Of a stretch of 64,000 bases of DNA, positions 9,466-18,737 are shown in pieces; the stretch's first letter is position 1; every line of letters starts with the position of its first letter. The translations under genes were made by a program, and so were the position numbers. The stretch is from Candidatus Moanibacter sp. (lineage in GTDB: Bacteria; Verrucomicrobiota; Verrucomicrobiia; Opitutales; UBA2987), in NCBI GenBank assembly GCA_965215885.1, contig CBDCEW010000004.1, forward strand, positions 1 to 64,000, read 5' to 3'. Below the pieces are notes generated by a model. It was not told the origin of the DNA, searched no databases, and worked only from the letters and a program-made list of their open reading frames with translations.

Positions 9466-10203
9466 ATGCCGGATCGCCCAACCATTACCTATCGATATAG
9501 CCGCCTGACGTTCCATCGCGATTCCATCGAGCCGCTAGCGCTGACCGATCAGTTTCGCGTCGAGACTCCATTCGGCGCCTTCCAAATGTCAAAGAGGCAG
9601 TTCCGGGAATCGTTTCCGAATGTAGTGAATTCCCGGTCATACGAGATTGATGGGCTCTACAACTACACGAAAGTCCCACGAAAGGCTGAGCCTTTTCTCG
9701 TCGATTCACAGCCTTGGGCCTCCAGTTCCATTCGTACACGGGGTCGGTATTACCTGCCGAAAGCACTGGAGGGAATATGCTCGGAGAACGCATACAAGAG
9801 GTGGCTCCATAGAAAGGCACAAGCCCATGTCATCCGGGACCGGAAGAGATGGCAGATTCCTCTGTCAGTTTCAGATTACAAGAGAGCTATCCACCTTGCC
9901 GTCATCGAATCGGGCGTCCACGACGCCTACACTGGCGAGGTCATGGATTGGTCACTCATCAGCAAGTATAACAATGACAAATCCAAGACGGGCGGAACGA
10001 AATACAAAAAGAAATTCGCAATGCTCCCAACCGTGGATCATGCCGGAGATGAACCAGGCGACATGAACTTCAGGATTTGCTCGTGGCGCACAAACGATTC
10101 CAAATCTGACCTTGCTTTCCACGACTTTCTCAATCTCTGCCGGGCCGTTCTGGCGCACCACGAGAATCAATGCAGCGAACAAGACAGTGGAGGCAACCGC
10201 TGA
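9466..10203 (+). CDS. Cassette 8: two-domain protein with C-terminal HNH-like nuclease
   Basis: DAYTGE...PTVDH..N.RICSWRTNDSKSDL motif; unrecognised ~80-aa N-terminal domain. Confidence 0.68.
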   Translation: MPDRPTITYRYSRLTFHRDSIEPLALTDQFRVETPFGAFQMSKRQFRESFPNVVNSRSYEIDGLYNYTKVPRKAEPFLVDSQPWASSSIRTRGRYYLPKALEGICSENAYKRWLHRKAQAHVIRDRKRWQIPLSVSDYKRAIHLAVIESGVHDAYTGEVMDWSLISKYNNDKSKTGGTKYKKKFAMLPTVDHAGDEPGDMNFRICSWRTNDSKSDLAFHDFLNLCRAVLAHHENQCSEQDSGGNR

Positions 10204-10299
10204 CCCGCCGTGGAGTTGAAAGATGATCGGCTCTTCGATAGGCTGTTCCGCATCGCAGCCGCGCTCCCGGTCAGCGGTGCCTCACTTTTGACGTTGGCG
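10174..10299 (+). other. attC site 8 (126 bp)
   Basis: AGCGAAC (complement of GTTCGCT)...GTTGGCG; arms ACCGCTGACC / GGTCAGCGGT. Confidence 0.9.
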
Positions 10300-10311
10300 C
10301 ATAACAAAACG

Positions 10312-10914
10312 ATGGTCACCTACGTAACCGATGCGTCGAAGTGGGAAGCCTGGCATCGTGACTACAGATTGGGGCTGATACTGATTTTGCCGCCGGACGA
10401 GGTGTCGAAACAGATAGATCCATTGCGTGCAGAGCATGATCCTCGTGGACATGCCGTTTGCCCGACGCACATCTCCGTGTCTGACCCGCTGCGCCGTGAA
10501 ATGACGCCCGGCTTGGAGGAAGAGATTCGTAGCATTCTCAGCGGGATCAAGCCCTTCACTCTTCATTACGATAGACCACGAGCATCAACTAAGCATGCTG
10601 GCGTTGCCTACCCAATCACGCCGCAGAAGCCAATCGATGACCTGAAGGAAGCGCTTCACGCTGCCGCGGTGTTCGAGGGAGAAGTGTATCCGAGGAGGCA
10701 CATACGAGCGCATATGACCATAGCTGAGTTCATATCCATAGAGGAAAGCCTCAAGCTGTGCGCTGACCTTCAAGGTTCCGCGCCGAGCGGATCATTCCTA
10801 TGTGATAGATTGGAGTTCATCGTCCCGGATCAAGAATTCCGCTTTCAGAGACGAGGGACGTTCCTTCTTGGAACGCCACCCAGGATGCGCACATGCCCCA
10901 ACAAGATGGCGTAG
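10312..10914 (+). CDS. Cassette 9: 2'-5' RNA ligase-like 2H phosphoesterase
   Basis: Two HxS/T motifs, PTHISV and AHMTIA; start set at the first ATG after attC. Confidence 0.85.
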   Translation: MVTYVTDASKWEAWHRDYRLGLILILPPDEVSKQIDPLRAEHDPRGHAVCPTHISVSDPLRREMTPGLEEEIRSILSGIKPFTLHYDRPRASTKHAGVAYPITPQKPIDDLKEALHAAAVFEGEVYPRRHIRAHMTIAEFISIEESLKLCADLQGSAPSGSFLCDRLEFIVPDQEFRFQRRGTFLLGTPPRMRTCPNKMA

Positions 10915-10955
10915 AGAACGCGGGTAAACCGCGTCTCTAGCCTTAAACGTTGTGC
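10896..10955 (+). other. attC site 9 (60 bp)
   Basis: CCCCAAC...GTTGTGC; arms GGCGTAGAGAACGCGG / CCGCGTCTCTAGCC. Confidence 0.9.
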
Positions 10956-11011
10956 ATCAGAGGCTGGAAGCAAAAGCGGCGAAGTGGTAGAACCCGAAAG
11001 GTTAAGTCAAA

Positions 11012-11525
11012 ATGATCGAAGTTTCCGGACAGAGGCTGAAACTACGCGACTATGTAAGCGAAAACCTTGATACTTTCCATCGGTGGATCTCGGATCCCGA
11101 GGTCATGAGATTCCTCGACTTTGGGTCTGAATCAAAGCAGGAATCCTTGGTGCATCTTTCTGAGAGAATCGAGGAGCAGTCTAAAGAGGAGAGAGAAGTA
11201 CTACCTTGCCATTGTGCTCAAAAAACGAGGCGCGATAATCGGCGAAACCGGGATCAGAGTTAAATCCGGGCAGACCGGAACCCGGGAAGGAGTACTTGGG
11301 TACTTCCTGGACAGGCACTTCTGGGGAAACGGCTTTGCAACGGAGGCGGCGGAACTCATGATTGCCTTCGGTTTCTCCAATGTTCGACTTGAAAAAATAA
11401 GGGCCTCGTGTGATTCGAGGAATATCGCCTCACAGCACGTTATGCAGAAGTGCCGGATGGTAAAAGAAAGCGAGCAAAGCAAGCCCGGCAGGACACGTTA
11501 TTCAATTGCCCCTGAAATGTGGTGA
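11012..11525 (+). pseudogene. Cassette 10: RimJ/RimL-type GNAT, frameshifted in a GA tract near 11190
   Basis: RLKLRD..SDPEVMRF N-half and YYLAI..LGYFLDRHFWGNGFATE C-half are in different frames. Confidence 0.85.
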
Positions 11526-11626
11526 ATCGGGCGTTCCGTCAATAAGAAGCGAGAGATCGACGACCGAGATCTGATGCACTTGCATACACACCAAAATGCA
11601 CGTCTAATTTGCGGCAAGAAAAACCC

Positions 11627-11689
11627 GCACAACAAATCGGCCCAAGTAACGTCGGCTATCGCCTCCGTACCTGGCCTCCAGCGTTAGCG
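11627..11689 (+). other. attC site 10 (63 bp)
   Basis: GCACAAC (complement of GTTGTGC)...GTTAGCG; central GGCTATCGCC. Confidence 0.9.
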
Positions 11690-11696
11690 GATCAAT

Positions 11697-12581
11697 ATGA
11701 ACACGATTACGAAATCGGAGGATCTTCAGTCATTCCAGCATGGGGAAATCTCTGAGCAACTTTTGAAAGATGCAACCTCACAGATCTATGACTTTTCAAT
11801 TGCATTTGAGCTTGAGGGAGAGCCTGCTGGATCAGGGACTTTAATCCAGTATCGCGATCTGTTTGGCGTGCTAACCGCACATCATGTGCCACATAATCCA
11901 TTTTCACGATCACGCAGATTCGATTTTTCGAGTTCTCACCAGAAACTTGGACTGGTACTTCACGGGCAATCACATTTTTTCGAGATTCCTATGAACACCA
12001 TGGGTGTCCTTGACATCGGAATCCCTAAATCTGCAGAAGAGGGTCCTGACCTCGCAGTAATTGTGCTCCCAAACTCAGAAATTGGTCGAATATCATCACA
12101 CAAATCATTCTTTAATCTTTCGATAGCAGATCAGAACCGCCTGGATAGTGCCCTCTCGGACCTTGGATTCTTTATGATTACGGGATATCCGCAAGAACTC
12201 ATGAAAGAAGTGCCACGCGATAGGCATTTTCGCGAGATTGTGCAATACACTGGTATAGCCTCTGTACCAGAGAATCCCAAGCGATTTGAAAAATACGGAT
12301 TCGATTATTTGGATATCGTCGCTTCCATTTCTAATGACGGAAATCATCCGCATTCATACAGAGGACTGAGCGGAGGGGGAATCTGGAGAATTGATCTTAC
12401 CAGAAGAAAGAGTGAGGACAATTCTAAGTTGAGAATTAATGAAATCATCCTAGCCGGAATTGCATTCTATGAGACACCAATATCGGGAAATGAGAGAACC
12501 CTCCGGTGCCACGGCGGAAAAAGCATTTACAGGGTAGCTGCTAGTCGTATCGAGAAATTTATACAGACGAGAAACTGCTGA
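11697..12581 (+). CDS. Cassette 11: trypsin-like serine protease domain protein
   Basis: GSGTL, LTAHHV (His), PDLAVI (Asp), GLSGGG (Ser); no signal peptide. Confidence 0.75.
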   Translation: MNTITKSEDLQSFQHGEISEQLLKDATSQIYDFSIAFELEGEPAGSGTLIQYRDLFGVLTAHHVPHNPFSRSRRFDFSSSHQKLGLVLHGQSHFFEIPMNTMGVLDIGIPKSAEEGPDLAVIVLPNSEIGRISSHKSFFNLSIADQNRLDSALSDLGFFMITGYPQELMKEVPRDRHFREIVQYTGIASVPENPKRFEKYGFDYLDIVASISNDGNHPHSYRGLSGGGIWRIDLTRRKSEDNSKLRINEIILAGIAFYETPISGNERTLRCHGGKSIYRVAASRIEKFIQTRNC

Positions 12582-12639
12582 CAATGCGGTCGAGGGCAAC
12601 TCGGGCTAACGCCCTCGCGCCTCCCGGCCCACGTTGGCA
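12576..12639 (+). other. attC site 11 (64 bp, R'' AAC changed to GAC)
   Basis: TGCTGAC...GTTGGCA; central GGCTAACGCC as in attC4. Confidence 0.8.
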
Positions 12640-12665
12640 TGATAGAATGTGTGGGAGACAAATGA

Positions 12666-13994
12666 ATGAGTAAAAGGCCGAATGTAATTCTGTTTTTGGC
12701 CGATGATCTGGGCTACGGGGATATTGGTATCCATGGTAACTCCGTAGTTCACACGCCACATATCGATGCGTTCGCTCAAGAATCGGTTCAGTGGCAGCGC
12801 TTCTACGTAAGTCCTGTGTGCGCGCCGACACGGGCTTCACTCATGACAGGCAGGTACAACTTCCGGACGGGTGTAACAGATGTCTTAGGCCGCGGCTGTG
12901 AAATGGCAACCGACGAGGTCACGCTGGCGGAGATATTGCTGGATGAAGGGTATGCAACGGGATTGTTCGGAAAGTGGCATCTGGGCGATGGTGAGCTCCA
13001 TAGTCCAACGCGCCGTGGCTTCGATGAATCTCTCACTTTCCAAGGCGCTGTCATGAAGTCGGACCAGTACTTCGATCCAACTCTCCTGCATAATGACGTC
13101 CCGGAGGTCCAGAAAGGATACTGTCTAGACATTTTCACGGATGCCGCGATTGCCTTCTTGCGCGCCAACCGGCACCGACCGTTTTTTATCTTCCTGCCAA
13201 GCAATCTCATCCACACCCCGCTGGTCGCACCGGATTCTCTTGTTGCACAGTACTACAACCTTGGCCTGATTGAAAGTACGCAAAAAACATACGCCATGGT
13301 GGAGAATCTGGATGAGAACTTCGGCAGATTGTGCACGGCGCTGAACGAGTTGGATCTCCAAAACGATACAATGTTGATTTTCACATCGGATAACGGCCCG
13401 TGCTCGGGCTCAAACCCGGTGGAGCGCCACATGGCCGGGTTGCACGGACTGAAAGGCACTGTCTACGAGAATGGGATACGTGTGCCCTGCTTCATGCGCT
13501 GGCCGAATGAGTTCTCCTCGGGGAGCGTACGGTCGCAGATTGCCGCCCATGTAGACCTGCTGCCAACCATTGCTGATGCTTGTGGCGCATCGCTCCCCAC
13601 CGAATGTACACTGGACGGCATCAATCTGATGCCCATATTGCGTCAACCTGATATTCCAAACACGAGCCGGAACCTCATCTTTCAATGGGATAGCGGACAG
13701 ATACCACGACGTGGCCATGCATTCTGTGTCTTGAACCAGCGCTGGAAGTTGGTCCAGCCCTGCGGGATGGATTCCCCTGGACAGCAGCATATACGCGACC
13801 GTTACACCGAACTCTCCCGGTTGCAGGACCGTGGCGAACGCAGCATTGACGGGCCAGCCAGGTTCGAGCTTTATGATCTGCATGACGATCCGGGTGAACA
13901 CTTGGATCTTGTCAGTAAGCACCCCGACATCGTGCAGGAGATGCGTGCGGTCTACGATGTCTGGTTTGCCGAAGTGACGAACCGTTTTCAATGA
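12666..13994 (+). CDS. Cassette 12: arylsulfatase (S1, formylglycine-dependent)
   Basis: PNVILFLADDLG, CAPTRASLMTGRY, GKWHLG, SDNG, YENGIRVP. Confidence 0.95.
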   Translation: MSKRPNVILFLADDLGYGDIGIHGNSVVHTPHIDAFAQESVQWQRFYVSPVCAPTRASLMTGRYNFRTGVTDVLGRGCEMATDEVTLAEILLDEGYATGLFGKWHLGDGELHSPTRRGFDESLTFQGAVMKSDQYFDPTLLHNDVPEVQKGYCLDIFTDAAIAFLRANRHRPFFIFLPSNLIHTPLVAPDSLVAQYYNLGLIESTQKTYAMVENLDENFGRLCTALNELDLQNDTMLIFTSDNGPCSGSNPVERHMAGLHGLKGTVYENGIRVPCFMRWPNEFSSGSVRSQIAAHVDLLPTIADACGASLPTECTLDGINLMPILRQPDIPNTSRNLIFQWDSGQIPRRGHAFCVLNQRWKLVQPCGMDSPGQQHIRDRYTELSRLQDRGERSIDGPARFELYDLHDDPGEHLDLVSKHPDIVQEMRAVYDVWFAEVTNRFQ

Positions 13995-14020
13995 ACACTT
14001 GTACAACAATGAGGGGGAAT

Positions 14021-14091
14021 TGCCAACAAACCAGTGCACCGGATTCTGCAACGCCTGCGGCTTCGTAGAACCGGTGACCGGCCCGTTATGT
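14021..14091 (+). other. attC site 12 (71 bp)
   Basis: TGCCAAC (complement of GTTGGCA at 12633)...GTTATGT; arms CACCGGATTCT / AGAACCGGTG. Confidence 0.92.
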
Positions 14092-14224
14092 CTCTAAGGA
14101 TCCTGATCATGATCAAACCCGAGGCGTCGCTTTCTCGCAGGAGGATCGGGTTTCATGATTTGCCAAATAGCGTCGAATACGACTCGCTTGATAACGCTAC
14201 CGTCATAGATCATAGAAAGACGCC

Positions 14225-14290
14225 ATGACAGAACAACCACCCAAGCGCCCCCGCAACATCCTCTATATCTTCACCGACGACCAGAGCTTT
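14225..14290 (+). pseudogene. Sulfatase N-terminal stub
   Basis: MTEQPPKRPRNILYIFTDDQS, then similarity is lost. Confidence 0.6.
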
Positions 14291-14867
14291 TTCCAGCTAT
14301 TCGTACAATGCGCGGCTGGGCGGTAAGGCCGCGGGATACATCCGCCCAGGCGTCCGGGCAGGTTCTGTGAAAAAAGATTCCAGAATAGGCCAGGTAATGG
14401 ACGGAGCGTCCTACAACTTCGGAACTCTCTTTACGCAAATTCCTATATCCGAACTCAGGTTGCCTGGCATGCCTGGAACGATGCTTATTGGGATTACTGG
14501 CCGGGCCCGGACCCGCTACAAGCATCAACCACCAGGGCATATTGGGGATGCATAACGGAATGAATAATATTTTGTTTCTTGATAGTCATGCTGAGGCGTA
14601 TAGCTCAAAAGAAATCATTGATGCCAGTTACAGCCTTTGGGATGCGCAACCCTAGCCTTTACATCCGAGGGGCGGCGGCGGCTAACTACACTTTAGATTC
14701 GTGCTGCGGAAGCCAGGCACGTGCTGGCTCTCACCCCCACCCAACAGATCCGCCTCAAGGAGGTGCTCCAAATATTTATTCGTCAGAAAAGCATACGGCT
14801 TTAAGAGTATAAGAAATAACCCACAGATTCTGCTGACGAGGCGTTTTTTTTAATTCAGTTGCCCTGC

Positions 14868-16931
14868 TCAACCAAATCGAAAAACTCTGCTGTCGAATGT
14901 GGTGAAAAGCAAACGACTTCCGTCGGTAGTCGACGATGCCGTAATAGGTGAACCGAATGAATTCGCGCTGACGCAGTTCCCGTCAAAATCCAGGGCATAC
15001 AGGCAGCCGTCGGAGGCAGAAACTATAATGGTTTCGCCCATTCGTACTGGAGCCGACAATGAAGAGGAGGTATTCCAACGATAAGGGATCATGTCGAGCA
15101 GGTCCGGTTGAAGTGAAAATTCCCAGCGTGAAGTTCCAGTGTCCAAGTTAACGCAGCGAATTTCCCCGGCGGTAGTGGCGAGGCAACACCAATTTTCATC
15201 AATAGGTTGCATGCCGGTGATCCAGCCCCCTTCAAGTATCGTTTTTTGCCAGACCAAGCTGCCATCGGTCAAGGCGATGGCTGAAAGATCGCCGGTGGGG
15301 CCTGCAACCAACAGCTGATCCCTATGGCAAATGGGGGTTGCACAAAAATAAGCGAGGTTCATGTCATTTTGCCAAACGATACTTCCTGTCTTGGGATCAA
15401 GGGCAACAAGCCCCCTGCGTGGAACAAGCACCAGGATATTGCCTCCGGCAAGCAAAGGATTGGCGTAGCAGGGCAGCCAGTCGGTTGCGTAACTGACGAA
15501 GGATGGTGTAGTCCAACAACATTTGCCATTGGCCCAGTCGTAGGCGGCATAGCCGCCGGATGCACCGACGACAATGGTGTCGTTTACCGCCAACGGCGAA
15601 CTGTAAATCCAGCGCTGTGGATACCCCGACAAATCCGCAGTCCAGGCAACCTGGCCCGAATTCACATCGATGCGGTAAAGCCTTCCGGTTACAGATATGG
15701 CGGCGACAGAATCACCCACTGGGGTTACCTGATTTTTGACCGAAGCATCGGTTTTAACCACCCAATTTGTCTGTCCGGTTTCGATATCCAGTGCGTAGAC
15801 CCCTTGTTCTCCCATGCCATGTTTATCGCCCCGCGCCAGGAGCAATTGGTTGATGCACACGACGGGCGCTGCTCTGTGCGCATATCCGGGCAGGTTCCGG
15901 CACCAAGTGCTTGGCGACGGTTTTGCACTATTTAAGATGAGGCTTTTTGGTTGCAGGGGGCTGGGCGGCGATTGGATTTCCGGACCCAAGCTGCGGAGGT
16001 TCATGGTGGCTGAATCGTTTGAGAACTGAACCTGCCGCCAACCTTTGGGTGAGGTGTCAATCCCGCCGAAACAGAGCGGTGGTGTGGCGGCTACTATCAT
16101 TTTGCCGTGATGATAAACTTTGTTGGAATGCCAGTGTCCAAAAAAGACATGTGTAATATTATACCGACTCAGGAGGGATAGCATTTCACTGTTCGGCTCA
16201 ATATGAGTGACCACAATAATTTCGCGACCCTCCGGCTGGGCTAGGAGATCCGCTTCCAGCCAACGGAGCTGTAACGGCCGACGCGCTTCCGCAAAATTTT
16301 TACCAAATTCGTTGGCGAACAGGACGAAATGCCGACCGCCCCAATCCAGACTATAAGAACAGGGGCCGAGAATGCGTTCATAATGTATTGATGGGTCAGG
16401 TGCCTTTGCTTTTACGAGCACTGATCCATCATGGCCGGCAAACAGTGGAAAAACCGGCACGGTTGCTTGCTTCAGAACATCCGCTGTCGCAAGGAGTTCG
16501 GCTTCGGTTCCGCGATCAGTCAGGTCGCCACCGGCGATGACCAGGTCGGCGTTTCCGTCTTCGATTGTCCTGCGCAATTCGATGGATACTTGTTCCGGGT
16601 TCGGACGTTCTCGCCGTTGGTCCAGGCAAATGTGAAGATCGGTCACATGCGCCAATTTGAATTGGCGTGCGTCTGATCTGCCGTCTGGCATCAGGACAAA
16701 GTCTACCCGGGTCCCTTCAACCAAGTCGTTGCACCGATGGAACCAGGTAGAAGCTTTATAACCACTGGCCATACATACAAAGATAAAATGGTGCAGAACT
16801 GGATCAACTTTGAGGTTGAACCGACCGGCTTCATTGGTCTTCACAACATGCTCGCCGTTGGATACTAATATCCCTTCAAGGCCGCGGCCGGTATGACTGT
16901 GGTTTACTTGACCGGTTATGGGGAGGATCAT
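14868..16931 (-). CDS. Metallophosphoesterase fused to PQQ-like beta-propeller
   Basis: DLH, GDLTD, GHD, TH, GHWH calcineurin-like motifs; C-terminal ALD..TG...W repeats. Confidence 0.88.
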   Translation of the reverse strand: MILPITGQVNHSHTGRGLEGILVSNGEHVVKTNEAGRFNLKVDPVLHHFIFVCMASGYKASTWFHRCNDLVEGTRVDFVLMPDGRSDARQFKLAHVTDLHICLDQRRERPNPEQVSIELRRTIEDGNADLVIAGGDLTDRGTEAELLATADVLKQATVPVFPLFAGHDGSVLVKAKAPDPSIHYERILGPCSYSLDWGGRHFVLFANEFGKNFAEARRPLQLRWLEADLLAQPEGREIIVVTHIEPNSEMLSLLSRYNITHVFFGHWHSNKVYHHGKMIVAATPPLCFGGIDTSPKGWRQVQFSNDSATMNLRSLGPEIQSPPSPLQPKSLILNSAKPSPSTWCRNLPGYAHRAAPVVCINQLLLARGDKHGMGEQGVYALDIETGQTNWVVKTDASVKNQVTPVGDSVAAISVTGRLYRIDVNSGQVAWTADLSGYPQRWIYSSPLAVNDTIVVGASGGYAAYDWANGKCCWTTPSFVSYATDWLPCYANPLLAGGNILVLVPRRGLVALDPKTGSIVWQNDMNLAYFCATPICHRDQLLVAGPTGDLSAIALTDGSLVWQKTILEGGWITGMQPIDENWCCLATTAGEIRCVNLDTGTSRWEFSLQPDLLDMIPYRWNTSSSLSAPVRMGETIIVSASDGCLYALDFDGNCVSANSFGSPITASSTTDGSRLLFTTFDSRVFRFG

Positions 16932-17164
16932 GGTTGCTTCCGCATTACAATAAGTCGATTTTTATTTGGGCGTTTGGGTTTCGTCTGACTTTTTAATTCA
17001 ATGAATTAGATAACGAAAAACTATAATGAATTCCCAAAAACCAGCAATCGGATATTTAAGCCACTTCAGAACTCGATCATCCTAGCCTTGGGTCCGATGC
17101 GTCATTACCCTAACGGATTTCGGAATCAGAGGGCGGAAAAGGAGGCGGAAAAGGGGTCTGACCC

Positions 17165-18737
17165 GAATGGCGCTAAGATAAGCCAAAAATAATTGTAAAA
17201 AATATGCAAAAAAGCTTGTACTATGACCGTTAGTAGGCTAATCTTGTTGTATGAAAAATATGACAAGATTCCTGCCTGGGTTTAATCACATTCTATGCGG
17301 TCGCCCGCCTAAGTCGGCCCTGGCACAATTAAAGCAAAAACTGGCTCATCTAAGAGAGTCAACTCTATCGGAGTTGTCGGATCTGTTTGATCGGTGGATT
17401 CCTCTGGGAGTTTTGCAACCCAAGAGCGAAAAAGAAAACAGCCGGGAACGAGTCTACTCACTCAGAACGACCTTCTGGGGCTTTCTGTTCCAGGTGCTCT
17501 CCCCGCAGACAGCCTGCCGGGAGGTCGTCAGAAAGGTGCAGAGCTACTGTAGTGAGCGGGAGTTGAACCTGCCCAGTTCCTCCACCTCGGCCTATTGCCA
17601 GGCACGTCAGCGCATAGGTATAGAGGACTTACAAAAGATCGGTGAAGAGGTCAGCGAGCAGATACACAAGGAGGTAAGGCAAGCGCAGCGGTGGAAGGGG
17701 CACGAGGTCAGAGTGATAGACGGTACTGGGATCAGTATGCCCGATACCGAGCAGAACCAGAGGGCCTTTCCCCAACCCGGGGGGCAGAAAGAGGGGTGCG
17801 GATTTCCCGTCATGCTTCTGGTGGGCTGTTTCTGTTTGGCCAGCGGGGCCTTGCTGCACTGTGTCGAGACCACCTTAAAAAACCATGAAAGCGGCATTTT
17901 GCGCAAATTCGTTGGGTATTTGAAAAAAGCAGAGGTGGTTCTGTGCGACCGCGGTTATTGCTCTTATGCCAATCTGGGGCTGCTTCTAAACCATCAAATG
18001 GACGCGGTCATGCGCCTGCACCAAAGGCGCAAATGCGACTTCCGTAGCGGCCAAACACTGGGCCGATACGATCGGCTGGTGACCTGGAAAAAACCGCAGA
18101 GACAGCACGGGTTCAGCCCGGAAGAATGGGCTCAATTACCGGCCGAACTGACTCTGCGAATGGTGCGTTTCTTCGTTCAGATCAAAGGATTCCGTACCCG
18201 AAAGATCGATCTTGTGACCACCTTTACCGACCCCCTCCAATACACCGTAGAGGATCTGGCCGATCTCTACTTCCGCCGCTGGTCAGTGGAACTGTTTTTT
18301 CGCGACATTAAAACGACTATGAAGATGGAAACGGTACGCTGCCTTACTCCCGAAATGGTGCATAAGGAAATCCAGCTGTTCTTTATCGCCTATAATCTCA
18401 TCCGCGCCCTCATGCAACACGCCGCCACCCTCTATCAGCGTGACCTGCATCGGCTCAGCTTCAAGAGCACGGTCGACACCGTTCGGCAGTACTGCACCGC
18501 TCTGAACGCCACCCGCAAGCAACCTCGAAAGCAACAACGCATCATTGACGAGATGGTTCTGATTATTGCCGAGGAGACTGTTCCACTACGAGAACACCGC
18601 AGCGAACCACGAGCGGTCAAACGAAGACCGAAACCTTACCAATTACTAACGAAGCCGCGAGGGAAAATGAAAGTCTCGCGCGCTCGCAGAAACAAAGGCA
18701 AAAATCGTCGTTAATCGGGCTTATCTTAGCGCCATTC
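17165..18737 (+). mobile_element. IS4 family insertion sequence within a REP-like palindrome
   Basis: Perfect 20-bp IRs GAATGGCGCTAAGATAAGCC; flanks GGGTCTGACCC / CGCTCTGACCC. Confidence 0.92.
17251..18714 (+). CDS. IS4 family transposase
   Basis: IDGT, DRGY, YFRRWSVELFFRDIK (YREK), EPRAVKRRPK. Confidence 0.95.
   Translation: MKNMTRFLPGFNHILCGRPPKSALAQLKQKLAHLRESTLSELSDLFDRWIPLGVLQPKSEKENSRERVYSLRTTFWGFLFQVLSPQTACREVVRKVQSYCSERELNLPSSSTSAYCQARQRIGIEDLQKIGEEVSEQIHKEVRQAQRWKGHEVRVIDGTGISMPDTEQNQRAFPQPGGQKEGCGFPVMLLVGCFCLASGALLHCVETTLKNHESGILRKFVGYLKKAEVVLCDRGYCSYANLGLLLNHQMDAVMRLHQRRKCDFRSGQTLGRYDRLVTWKKPQRQHGFSPEEWAQLPAELTLRMVRFFVQIKGFRTRKIDLVTTFTDPLQYTVEDLADLYFRRWSVELFFRDIKTTMKMETVRCLTPEMVHKEIQLFFIAYNLIRALMQHAATLYQRDLHRLSFKSTVDTVRQYCTALNATRKQPRKQQRIIDEMVLIIAEETVPLREHRSEPRAVKRRPKPYQLLTKPRGKMKVSRARRNKGKNRR

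Larger units (their letters stand above)
951..14091 (+). mobile_element. Integron gene-cassette array lacking an integrase in this window (CALIN-like), 12 attC sites
   Basis: Co-oriented single ORFs, each followed by a ..AAC...GTT.. imperfect palindrome; R'' of each attC complements the R' at the start of its own cassette. Confidence 0.93.

Noticed and set aside
10210..10311. N-terminal ORF extensions (10210, 8645, 4841, 1983)
   Set aside because: They start inside the upstream attC; the first ATG after R' is the plausible start
951..14091. Repeated attC sites as a CRISPR array
   Set aside because: Repeats vary in length and sequence, are separated by whole genes, and no cas genes are present
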